The notes under the pieces: generated by a model | What the model was told of the DNA's origin: nothing | Databases searched by the model: none | The model's input: only the letters and a program-made list of their open reading frames with translations | Shown: positions 29,101-39,000 of the stretch, piece after piece | Layout: each line of letters opens with the position of its first letter | How positions within the stretch are numbered: the stretch's first letter is position 1 | Origin: Antedon mediterranea | Lineage: Eukaryota; Animalia; Echinodermata | NCBI RefSeq assembly: GCF_964355755.1 | Contig: NC_092670.1 | Span: forward strand, 32,042,388-32,106,387 | Length of the DNA stretch: 64,000 bases | Reading direction: 5' to 3' | Translations under genes and position numbers: made by a program

Positions 29101-30011
29101 CTGCCTCGAATTCCACCTTGATTTTCTCTTCCACGAGGAGCTCCTTTGCCTCTACTACCCTGCCTTCCCCAAGAACTTTCTTGACCACCAAAATTCCACC
29201 GGTTTGAGCCTTGATCTCTTTGTCCATAAGATGAATAAGACCGCTGTTAAATAGAATAAAGTGATTTTAAACTACAAAAACTGCACTAATAATTATCAAA
29301 ACAATTATCCTGTTAGTACTGTATCATAGAACAGGATTCTTGGCAGCATGTGAAGAATGGTGGTATTGTACTGTAGGTGATCACAATATCAATAATAAAT
29401 TTCAAATGGGCTATGTTCTAAAGTTTGTAACCTCAAAACAACTCAACATGATGTTCTTTCTGAACAACCAAGGTTTGGAAAGATTAGTATCTACCGGAGA
29501 GAATTACAAATTAAACTGACCATTGAGTATTCTTAGGAATATAAAGCATGGAATATTGATGATTTTGCATTTATTTTGTTGTCAGAGAGTGAGACTAGAT
29601 CTGAAATTTAACTGTTACAATTCATTGAACCAGGAATTAATAGCAATGCCCTACAGACCTACAGTAGATGTTTTGCTACTCATTCGGGCAAACACTGCAG
29701 GAAGAAGAACTTTGGACGTTTAACTAGCCTATTGTATTGTAGGTCATGATGTTGGGAAAAAGGCCCAGTGATATTCAGTAGTTGGTAAAAATATTAATGG
29801 CATGGCATGATAAATATACAGTAGATGGTTTTACTTGACTATATGGATCCCGATACCCATCATAGCTGGACTGGCTGTATCCTTGATAAGAGGTTCCATA
29901 ATAATCAGCCTGGTATGAATCTTGGTAGGAATATTGCAGTGCTTCATTCCTATTTGATGCATACTGTGCAGCCTCCTGCATTAGTTTCTGTATCTCTGAT
30001 TCATAATCCAT
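5182..30011 (-). CDS. Large low-complexity, probably nuclear RNA-binding protein (about 1700 aa): SYQ-rich N-terminus, RGG, poly-Pro, Gln-rich repeats, two U1/matrin-like C2H2 fingers, RDYP heptad repeats
   Basis: Phase-consistent GT-AG exons: 29835-30011, 26192-29243, 25912-26066, 25552-25620, 15058-15079, 10139-10237, 9747-9880, 8412-8586, 7556-7604, 6130-7213, 5864-5893, 5182-5238 (5103 nt). Fingers FCTDC-x12-H-x5-H and VCLLC-x11-H-x5-H; the C-terminus is ALAKRKR*. Confidence 0.8.
6500..6930 (-). repeat. Coding 21-bp (heptad RDYPxD[V/L]) tandem repeat
   Basis: (cttggataatctcttacatct)n on the + strand; translates as DVRDYPRDVRDYPR in exon 6130-7213. Confidence 0.9.
8884..9190 (-). mobile_element. 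5S rRNA-headed SINE (5S + tRNA-like + core + tail), copy 1
   Basis: About 9077-9190 is the reverse complement of a 5S rRNA-like sequence (ACACCGGTTCTCATCAGATCACCGAACTTAAGCAACG...GGATGGGAGACCGCC). It is followed by a body shared with 52626-52745 and an A-tail. Confidence 0.85.
9490..9572 (+). mobile_element. L2-type LINE/SINE 3' tail remnant
   Basis: aagcgccttgagc...gcgctctataaatct(tat)n. Confidence 0.55.
14180..14262 (+). mobile_element. tRNA-SINE fragment, same family as 63510-63640
   Basis: gggttcaatcctg...cagggttgtaa...gactatttcaactctacttcctaagcctcaa is shared by both copies. Confidence 0.55.
15676..15812. mobile_element. MITE family A copy (TIR aagctctgtctacactatcaaact)
   Basis: Matches the other family A copies at about 8225-8356, 45615-45745, 53517-53627, 55602-55751, 56137-56245, 60001-60164, 60294-60442 and 62875-63035. 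Confidence 0.8.
17258..17572. mobile_element. Non-autonomous element ending in a long hairpin; left end duplicated at about 30619-30705
   Basis: tatataacacctaaataaattcctgtcatttgattggacg... recurs near 30620. An imperfect ~165-bp hairpin at 17405-17571 is centred on actcggctttgcctcgt. A degenerate relative lies at about 14550-14915. Confidence 0.7.
19154..19824. mobile_element. Non-autonomous Tc1/mariner-pogo-type DNA transposon (MITE)
   Basis: Perfect 24-bp TIRs ccgtactgacgcgggtataagccc / gggcttatacccgcgtcagtacgg, with TA on both sides. Confidence 0.85.
20480..21365. repeat. Degenerate tandem array with units of roughly 120-180 bp
   Basis: Recurring tttccggccaacta...ctactgatgagtaggc...tatcgcgtatgtttacc...gcggaaaaagt...tttgctagcgcgctat. 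An adjacent duplication pairs about 19000-19140 with 20168-20330. Confidence 0.85.
21524..21656. mobile_element. MITE family B (TIR aagcgtggttcccactag), internally shorter copy
   Basis: Hairpin element; a longer copy lies at 42925-43105 and a related fragment at about 41440-41560. Confidence 0.8.
23194..24953 (+). mobile_element. Small non-autonomous LTR retrotransposon (Gypsy-like), 1.76 kb
   Basis: LTRs at 23194-23400 and 24752-24953 (TGTAAC...TGTTATA), 4-bp TSD CTAG, PBS TGGTGCCGTAACCAGGAT (23402-23419, complementary to the tRNA-His 3' end with one mismatch) and PPT gagagggggaa before the 3' LTR. No gag or pol ORF. Confidence 0.92.
26700..28660 (-). repeat. Coding Gln-rich tandem repeats (30-bp QQSYQQxPTS units grading into longer QQPQVSQQRYQTPPS units)
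   Basis: Repeated gttggtaactctgttgtgatgttgga motifs inside the 3052-nt exon 26192-29243. Confidence 0.95.
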
Positions 30012-31637
30012 TGTGATAAATCTACAAATAAATACATATAAAATGAGATTAGAGACCGACCTTGATGCACACTTTAGTAACATATCAATAACATATCATT
30101 AATCCTACAGTAATATCACTTAGGAATACTGATGGTTAGTGTAATATAAATATTAGTGTGAAACTACAGTATGTTTTATAAACCGATCTATTGTAAGAAA
30201 AAAAGAGAATTGTATTTGCTTTAAAACAGTTGCAAAGGTTATAAAACTTTTTTACGATTTTGGCCGTTGAACAAAGTTGTAAACAAGCTTTACATACAAG
30301 GCCTGATTATCTGGGCCTGATCATTCATGTTTTCAGACAAAAATACAAATATGAATGAAGGTTTAATTTTATTTATTTTCCTTGTGGATATTTATTATTT
30401 GGTCAAGGAATATATATAATTGCTCAAATTAAATTTTTTATTTTTTTTATTGTACATCTTGGTATGTTATCCTGTTTTAAATACATAATTACATCCAATT
30501 AGAATGCGCAATGCACTTTGGGTTGTACTGTACATTATACTTGCTGATGCAGTATATAACCACCTCCCACATAAGGCACAAAGATGCCATGTGGGGCACA
30601 AGTTACTGCTATTTTATATTATATAACACCTAAATAAATTCCTGTCATTTGATTGGACGATTGTGGGTCACATGGCGTGCAATAGTACGCACTATTAAAC
30701 GATCGCGGATGAATAAAAATCTAGTACACAAATTATCCTATGATATGGGACAAAAATATTCATACCATGTAATACATTTTTAAATAATACCGATTGAGAT
30801 TTAAACAAATGATTAAAATTGTATTATTTGAATTTCTATATTTAGAGGAATTAAAGTTATAATTAACTAAATCATTATGGGGTCAGATATACCAATTTGA
30901 GGTTAGGTAAAGGTCAAATCATTACGTTAAATGTGTTATATAGTTGCAAGTGAATACAACAATTGTCAGTTATTAATAATGTATCCTTTATTAAAATACA
31001 TAAAATAAACAATGGCCACTTAATTAATAATAATTCGTTAAATACAAAGGACGGCTGATGTACCAAACAGCGGTAACTGTGCACCAGTTTGCGGTACCCA
31101 ATTTGCAGTAATGCTTTTAATTGATATGCCGCTAGAGTTTGGTCACATGACTGAGAATGTTCAACTTTTAAACTTTAAAACAAGATCGTAGTGTTTAAAA
31201 GCATAAATAAAACGCAAACAATTCATATTTAATATTAATTCTTGTTTATTATGTTTAAAATTAATTGAAAATATCTTTGCATTTACATATTTAATGTGAT
31301 AATAATAAAAAAATATTAATTAAAAACCAACCTACTGTACCACTAATTGGATTAGGCCACATGGCTGGTCCAATTAGCGGGTTTTTCTTCTACATCCCAT
31401 AATAGTAAGACAATCGTACAATAGAATAGTCCATGGGGTATTTTATTTATTGAGTTATTGTGAAATGCAGTTTGTAGGTATATCACGTCACATGTGACTT
31501 ACCTACATGTACAGTAAGTGGAGGGTACCCCCTTTCTTCAGTTCGCGCTAAAGACATGAAATTGTCCACATGGGGTCAAGAGGTCATTCATTGTTTTGAT
31601 GGCTAGCGATGAAATAGCTTAGGGATTATAAAATAAC

Positions 31638-32785
31638 GCCGTGGCTAAAGATACGGTACCGTATCCTAACTTGCTAAAGGTACGGTAAAATTGCATTACG
31701 TCATAATCAGCCAATGGGGTGCTGGTACGTGTGTGACGTCATCGTATAAGGGCTTGGGATTTTTTTTCATATCGCAAAAACAGTGATCAACCGGCGGCTT
31801 AACATTTTCTTTATGCTTCATTTATTGCTATTATCCCCGTCGTGTGACAAAAACTAAATGTAGCTTAGGCCTACAGTACGTCTGTTATTATTGATAGGCC
31901 AAAACATGTTGATTCTGATTCTAGAATTACAGAAATTTACCGTTTCAAAAGAGGCCTACTACGTACTATAACCATGCTACAGTATATCCTATAGCCTAGT
32001 CTCGGTAGGCCTATATGAGTTTGTTTGCCAGGCTGGGGACAGCTGCATGTGTGCGCTGATTTCTGTGACTAAGACCTTGGGCTAGGCCTATTGTCTAAAT
32101 CATAATATTTGAGGGCCCCTTTATTGTCCGCATTTGCTTTGGTTTATGGTCACCATCTGTAAACAAAGTTTATTAAGAAATATATGCCTAAATAGGCCAT
32201 TTGGAATATAAGTTGTCCATAACGAAACAATGCTTGATAGATAATTTATGACGTGTATTTCTTACAAAATAATCAATTTTTCTTTAGATATTCGATGTCG
32301 AAGACTTCTGATTTTGTGTGTATGCAACGAACTGACGTGCGCGTGCGCAACAGGATCTCATGTGATCTCGAATGATCACCGTAGCGAAATAAAACCCTCA
32401 TAGTATGGACAAATTCAGAACTAGACGCAACACAATTTCTAATATTGAATTATAATTCCTTTACTTCTAATTTGGCTATCAACATATTTCTACTACAGTG
32501 TATAATGTTGTATAATGAAATAATATTTGAGATTGAGTACATGTTTTAAACGCTTTATGTAACGTCCACCAACCACATGATCTTGCTCTATTACCGCATC
32601 GACGATTCAACATTGCTAGGTCTAGCCCCGAGGCTGAGTTACAGAATCACCAGCGCACACATCCATGCAGCCTGGCGATAGGCATTCTCTACAGACGCGA
32701 TGTGAAAAAAAATTCAAAGTCTTATACGATGACGTCTGATTATGACGTAATGCAATTTTACCGTACCGTATCTTTAGCCATGGCT
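31638..32785. mobile_element. Non-autonomous DNA element with long imperfect TIRs
   Basis: gccgtggctaaagatacggtac...tacggtaaaattgcattacgtcataatcag...gacgtcatcgtataag is mirrored at 32717-32785. Confidence 0.7.
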
Positions 32786-33263
32786 ATAAAATAAACGATT
32801 GTAACTTTGAAAGAAAATATTAAATTAAAGGTACTCTACTACTAACATAAAAAATAAATAATATAAATAATAATAAATTACATTAATAAATAAATTAACC
32901 GCTAATTGGTACATCTTCTACCCTGATTCTTTTTAATTAAAAATGTTAAAACGGTTCAAAACGCACCCCATACAAATTAGCACAACAAATTAGACAACAA
33001 CCTACCACCTACACATTTAACATGTATTTATTTACCTAACTTCTATTTGGCAATTTTCATTTTTTTTTTTAATTTGCTATTTATTTGGTGAAAACAAATC
33101 GGCGACCTTTTGCAAAAACAAATTTGACCTTCCTTACTTAGGAGGCCTACTAGTCTAGATAAGATTCGGTATTCTTTTTTTAGTATAAAAAGTACTGTAG
33201 TGTAGCCCTGCCAACGCGGCGGCTGCAGTTTCGCACCACACCGTTATATCTTTGATTTCTCAC

Positions 33264-33430
33264 CTAAAGTTTCCTTTTTCACACTCACAACATAATATTT
33301 ATGTAAAATGTTTATACGATTCGACCACTTACGAAGAAATTTTTTTTAAATAACAATACTTTTCAAAACATTTTAAACGATACTGAACTCGCTGTCAACA
33401 CACTGCGAAATGTTCGCCATCTTATATTTA
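33264..33430 (-). promoter_or_regulatory. Putative non-coding first exon/TSS region of the zinc-finger gene
   Basis: YY1-like AAGATGGCG on the - strand at about 33415-33423, followed by a donor AG|GTGAGA at 33263. The first coding exon has an acceptor at 30022, so an upstream exon is required. Confidence 0.45.
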
Positions 33431-34147
33431 TCACTTATACTTATCACTTGACAGAATGTATGCTTCATTTTCCCCAAAAAATGTAGAAACTATAGAGGGC
33501 AATGTTATAAAATCGGATTACACATATAGGCCTATTTAGTTTTGAAAGGCAAGAAATGTTTTCAGCTGGCGAAATAGAGGTTAAATTAATATTCCATTAT
33601 TAGTATTATTCATATTAATAGGTCCTATCAAAGAAAATTTTCTCGGTCACTAATCAATACATTCACTAAAACTATTTTCACGCTGCTGTTCTAGCCCGCT
33701 ACGTCCCATTAGAAATACTCAATCAGAAGCTAAAGCAAGCAGCAGTTATAGTTCTAAGGACAGACAGTTTTGTGAAAATGGAAACTCCACTATGATTTAT
33801 TGATTCCAGCTGCTACAGTAGACCCAAAAAACGTCTGGGAAAGAGTCTATTATATTATTAGGACATGCCATGCTAAAATTACAAATCCCTAAGCATTTCT
33901 GGTATATTCACTGTCAGATATTCATTGAATTATTATCGAAACAGTCCATTAAAGTTTGTGTTTGTAATAGGATACTTCACAATTGAAATATCTAGGGTGA
34001 TGAAGTGACCTCCAGATTTGACCTTAGCAATAAAATTAACTAAAGTGACAGAAATTGAGTATTCACTTCTGTAACAAAAAAATAATATTTATTCACATAT
34101 AAAAAAAGAAAAGAAACCCAAAAACCATTGTCTGACAGACAATTTAA

Positions 34148-36239
34148 AGGGGGATTCTGGGTTTAAAATTGCTTTTAAATATCGTTTATTTATTAAAGAT
34201 GTATTGTCCCTTTGACTAATTCCAAAAAAATAAAAAATAAAAGATTTCGAAAAAAGGTGGGTCATTTTGAAGTATCATAATAGTTATTAACTATCACCAA
34301 AAATTTTTCGAAAAAAAAAACATTTAAGTGAAATACAGACGTTTTTTTGTTAAAAAAAATAACGTTGACTTCCAGTCAAAGTTTTCAATCAAAACATATC
34401 CCATAATGAAACGCGCTTGTTTGGCTACTCTGTATGCATAATCATAAAACTTCCTCATGATCTGTGTGAAAATACCTTCTTAACCGTGACGAGTTGTAAA
34501 CAATCCTAATTTAGCATATGCATAATGCGTACTCATGGTTTGAAATCTTTGTTTACTTTCGCTCGTGACGATTTTCCAGATGAAATGTAATCAAACTAAT
34601 TTATCTGTTAATTACGTAAACTTGTTGTTTTTGGCTCAAATTTCGACTTAAAGTGAATAACTTTAATATTACTTTGATATGGCCACTTTAAATTTAGAAT
34701 ATTTTGACCTTAATTTTTTTGTGTTTCAAGGGACAATACATCTTTAAATAAAAAATATTATAACAATATAGACATGTCAGAATGAAGAAATAATAACGAG
34801 AAATTAAAAAAATAAAATTTCATATACATTTTAGGGTAAATTCATGGAAAGTCTGTTTTTCAGCAGCTTAGGGAAGCTCATTAATATTCATGAGATATTC
34901 ACAAAATCACGTCATCAGTGGATTCCAAACTCGCGACGTCATGTACTGTACGTTGTGTTTGTCAACTAATTTACATCTTTCAATCTTCCCTGTCAAACGA
35001 GGACCACCCGATCATTGTGAAATACATTATTTGTAGATTTTCTAAGCTAGGCCTAAAGCGTAATAATAACAGTAGTAGCAGCATATATTTATTTGACATT
35101 TAATAAAATACAAAATTTAGTACAGATTACGGAGTCATAAATTATTATTATTAGTATTATCGGCTTCACGTACTAGGCTAGGCCTAGCCTAAATCATTTT
35201 GACTAGGGATTAAAACGCTAAAACATTGGGACCCATCATGGGCCTAGCTAGCGTACTACTAAACGATTGGCCCATAAATAACAAAACTCAGTGGATTCCA
35301 AACCCATCCTATCAACCATACTCCTAAACAATCTAAACCTAAAACATTCTACAAAATCGGCTGTAAATATCGCCGTCCGCACGTATGGTGTCCCGATCGT
35401 CTAAGTAGGCCTAAAATAGGCCTAGTTTACTCTCCAAAAAAGCGGATATACTACTGCATCAAGCAAGTAGACCAGGTAGTAGGAAGGAGACCCGGCCCAG
35501 TTAAAAATTGAGCTAGCTAGTGTGTAGTAGACCCTATGCGAATTGATACTACCAGGCCTTTTACTAGGCTACACTTCTTAAAATTAGCAATACTTATGTT
35601 TACAAATATTCCACTCTCTCATTCGAGCTATATTATCTATACCATTCCGGTAGGTCGAGTCGACCTTCAATCAAATACTGTACATCGTTCATGTTGTAAT
35701 TATAGACGGGGTATACTCGACCCGACCAGTTTGGTATTGTATACTGTATCTGCTTATCACGTGACGATGCCAGGCATGGGCAGGTAGAGCACGTGTATCG
35801 TCGTCTCGCTCTCCTCGCTCTCTCAGCAGGAATGTATACGTTACGCTTCATTGATTTTGAAGGCTTTCCCTAAGTCAGTGCGAAAATCGGCAAACGTAAA
35901 GTGCAAACATATCTAATTTTTCACTGTTTTGATGAATTTTCATAGAACATTTACTTTATAAATGGGAAGACCGACTAAAATTACATCAGATAAGTATAAT
36001 TTTACAAAAGTAATTGATATGGTTAATGATAACGAGTCGTCGGAAGATTGACCATTTCACGAATTTCCTATTCTGTAACACAGTGTCATATCGCCGTAGC
36101 TGCACTTGTAATCTGGCCTCATTTCACAGCCTTCGTTCTGCTTCACTGGGCGCTTATATAAATTGAAACTTTTACCGTTCAAGAGACAAACAAATATATT
36201 TTACATTTTTTACTATTCATTTTAAACCCGGAACCCCCT
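34148..36239. mobile_element. Non-autonomous Kolobok-like DNA transposon
   Basis: TIRs agggggattctgggtttaaaat / attttaaacccggaaccccct, with TTAA on both sides. Confidence 0.75.
34197..34743. mobile_element. Nested Kolobok-like MITE
   Basis: TIRs agatgtattgtccctt / aagggacaatacatct with TTAA TSD. A solo end of the same family lies at about 37747. Confidence 0.8.
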
Positions 36240-36936
36240 TTAAGTATTTGTTTGTTGCTTTAAATTACATTTTTTTCAGGTAAAATAACTATTATGTGAC
36301 AATAAAATGACACATTCAAAAACAGTTGAAATAAAAAATATTTTTCAATAAGCGAGCAGCGTTTTTTGTAAGAAATATTTCTTGTTTAATAGTGAGATAG
36401 CAATATTTGCTATGATCATGGATTAATCCATGCTGTGTACACTGTGTTTTACATATTGAAATTGAAATACGGTTTATGATTTTTAAAACTATGAATTGTT
36501 TTTTAAAAAATAAAATGTTTTTTGTACGGATTCATATATCGTCGCCGTTTTGATATGTACAGCTGGTTCTTTATAAAAACCACTCTCTGCAGTTTAAAAA
36601 TAAAAACAGAAAATAAAACATACATTGATTTCTGGCAATTTTCTGATTCTAAAATGGCCACAGTTATATCGAAGTATTCGAGGAAAAGGAGCTGTTTTGA
36701 AAGGCATTTTTTATTGTGATAAGGTAATTTAAAGGTGGTTAAATCATGGGAACATGTTAATTAATGGCCCAAAATTGTATGATGTGGGTGTGTGAACAAA
36801 ATTAGGTGAGAAATCGAAGATAATAACAGTGTGGTGCGAAACTGCAGTAGCGCCCTACTAACTACTAGTAGAGAGAGGAGGCTAGGCCTGTACTAATAGT
36901 AAGCAATCTTCCCTTGTTGGCGCCTCTACTGTGACT

Positions 36937-37111
36937 CAGGGAAAATTTTCATTTAAACATTTTGTTTAGCAATATTGCTAATCAAACTGATTTTTAAGTC
37001 GAGAAACATAGTTTTGTATAGTATTTTTTGCTACACAATTTTCAAAATGTGTAGCAATAAGGTTGTTTTGTATAGCTTTTTGCTATGCTACACTGGCGAA
37101 AATGTTCCCTG
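36937..37111. mobile_element. Short MITE with apparent 5-bp TSD
   Basis: cagggaaaattttc...gaaaatgttccctg flanked by TGACT on both sides. Confidence 0.55.
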
Positions 37112-37595
37112 TGACTATGTAGACCTGTAGCTTGACCGGCTAGGCCGCTCTTCCTCTAGGTCTAGTAAGCTAGCCTGGGCCTAGATAGTAGTAGTCTAGG
37201 CCTTATTCTCTAATCTTACTCCATCCACCCACCAGGCTAGGACAATCCTCTGACTCATCACACACGATGCGCACCACCAATTATATTGTTTCTGCATTTA
37301 TGTTTTAAATAATACTAAATGTGTTTTACCTGTTACACAGATACTAAGCCAAAGTCTAATCGTGACTACACATAATATACAGTTAGTTTTCTTGATTGAA
37401 GAAAGATAATTATGAATCATACAAAAAAGACGCCGACGATGATCGCAAAAGATGCATAACATGTGTTTAAATCCGGGATATCGTTGCTCTCTGCGCGCAT
37501 GCGTATTTTAAGAAAAACATTGAGGGCTCCCTTCTAGTTTATTTTTTTGTGTGTGAATCATACTAATGGTAATTACAACCAACTCCTTTCAGGTA

Positions 37596-37668
37596 GCCTC
37601 CTTGGCGCAGTCGGCAGCGCGTCAGTCTCATAATCTGAAGGTCGTGAGTTCGAGCCTCACAGGGGGCA
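37596..37668 (+). tRNA. tRNA-Met (CAT), elongator type
   Basis: Full cloverleaf GCCTCCT-TG-GCGC AGTCGGCA GCGC-G-TCAGT CTCATAA TCTGA-AGGTC-GTGAG TTCGAGC CTCAC-AGGGGGC-A. A and B boxes are intact and a T-run follows. Confidence 0.96.
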
Positions 37669-37671
37669 CCA

Positions 37672-37685
37672 TTTTTTTTTTTTTT
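37672..37685 (+). terminator. RNA polymerase III oligo-T terminator
   Basis: Run of Ts immediately after the tRNA and CCA. Confidence 0.8.
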
Positions 37686-39000
37686 AAACTTTCATGTGTT
37701 TTAATAATTAAATAATATTAATAATAATTTACTCTTTTTTATAATAAAGATGTATTGTCCATAAAAAAACATGAAGATAAATGAAGTCAGCCTTTTTATT
37801 GTTAATGACCACTTCCATCCAAAGAAAACAACAATGTTTTCACTCATAAAACGACAAAATAAAGATTGTTGCGATGCAATGTTGCGTAACCAATAGAATC
37901 AACTGGGGTTTTTCTAGTATGCTTGGAGTGTGATAACGTGACATTTTTCACTATCACACTACTGGCATGGCGATAAGGCTAGTAGTTCCACCAGAAAAAA
38001 AAAAACAAAATATTTAAAGAGTATTAGTAAAAAGGTTCATCTGGATCTCTGTATAGTATTCAAATATTTTTTTCTTTTGGATCATCCAAAGGAAAAAATT
38101 ATTTGAATAATTTCAAGAGTAGTCAACAAAATAAATAATAATGAATAAATACATAAAGGACATGGCAACACGAGGACAGAAGGGACGCTGGATAAAAAAG
38201 TTAAAACTTGAGTTAGAGAGAGACTAAAAATGCTTCCACTTGGATAGGTTAGTTTTTGATGACGAAATCTCCTTTACCATTAAAAAAAAATAATTTGTTT
38301 TTAATAATACAAAAACTAGTGACGCAATTGTATGTACTCGCCGTTATTGAGATGGTTATTATACTATATTCCACATACCGATATGTGGTTTTTGTTTTTG
38401 ATTTGATCTGATCATCTGAGATTGCTTCCCCACCCCACGGACTTGCCGATATTTTTTAGTAAGTAAATGTGACGTGCATAATTTCTTTTGACAAACAAAT
38501 AGCAAATTGACGTGACAAAACTAAATTACTACTTCTAATGTTTATTTGTTTTACTTTTCTGTCACGGGGCTAAATAATTAGCAGTTAACATACTTTGGCC
38601 TTAAAAGTAGTGGCTTGTTTTTTTCGGGACACCTACACAAGATGATCGTTTATATTAAACAATATATATTTTAGTAAATATACTATCAATTATACAATAA
38701 GATAAAATTAATATTCCATATGAATTGGCTATTATTAGACTAGAATAGGTCTATATAAATCATCGTATAACAGGCCTCTTATTCTATCGTTGTCGGGTTA
38801 TAAATTGGTTGAGAGGTTTGCCCTTTCATGTATATAATAATGTCTGCGTGTTGACTTTTTAAATACTTTTCGCCTTGTTTGCCGGTGCGATTTCCGTTCT
38901 CTTATTCAATAGTTAAAAATACACTGAAGCAAAATTAAGTCTTTGCAGCGTGAGACAGACCAATACAGATGTATGCACCGTCGGTTCTATGCCTACTTCC

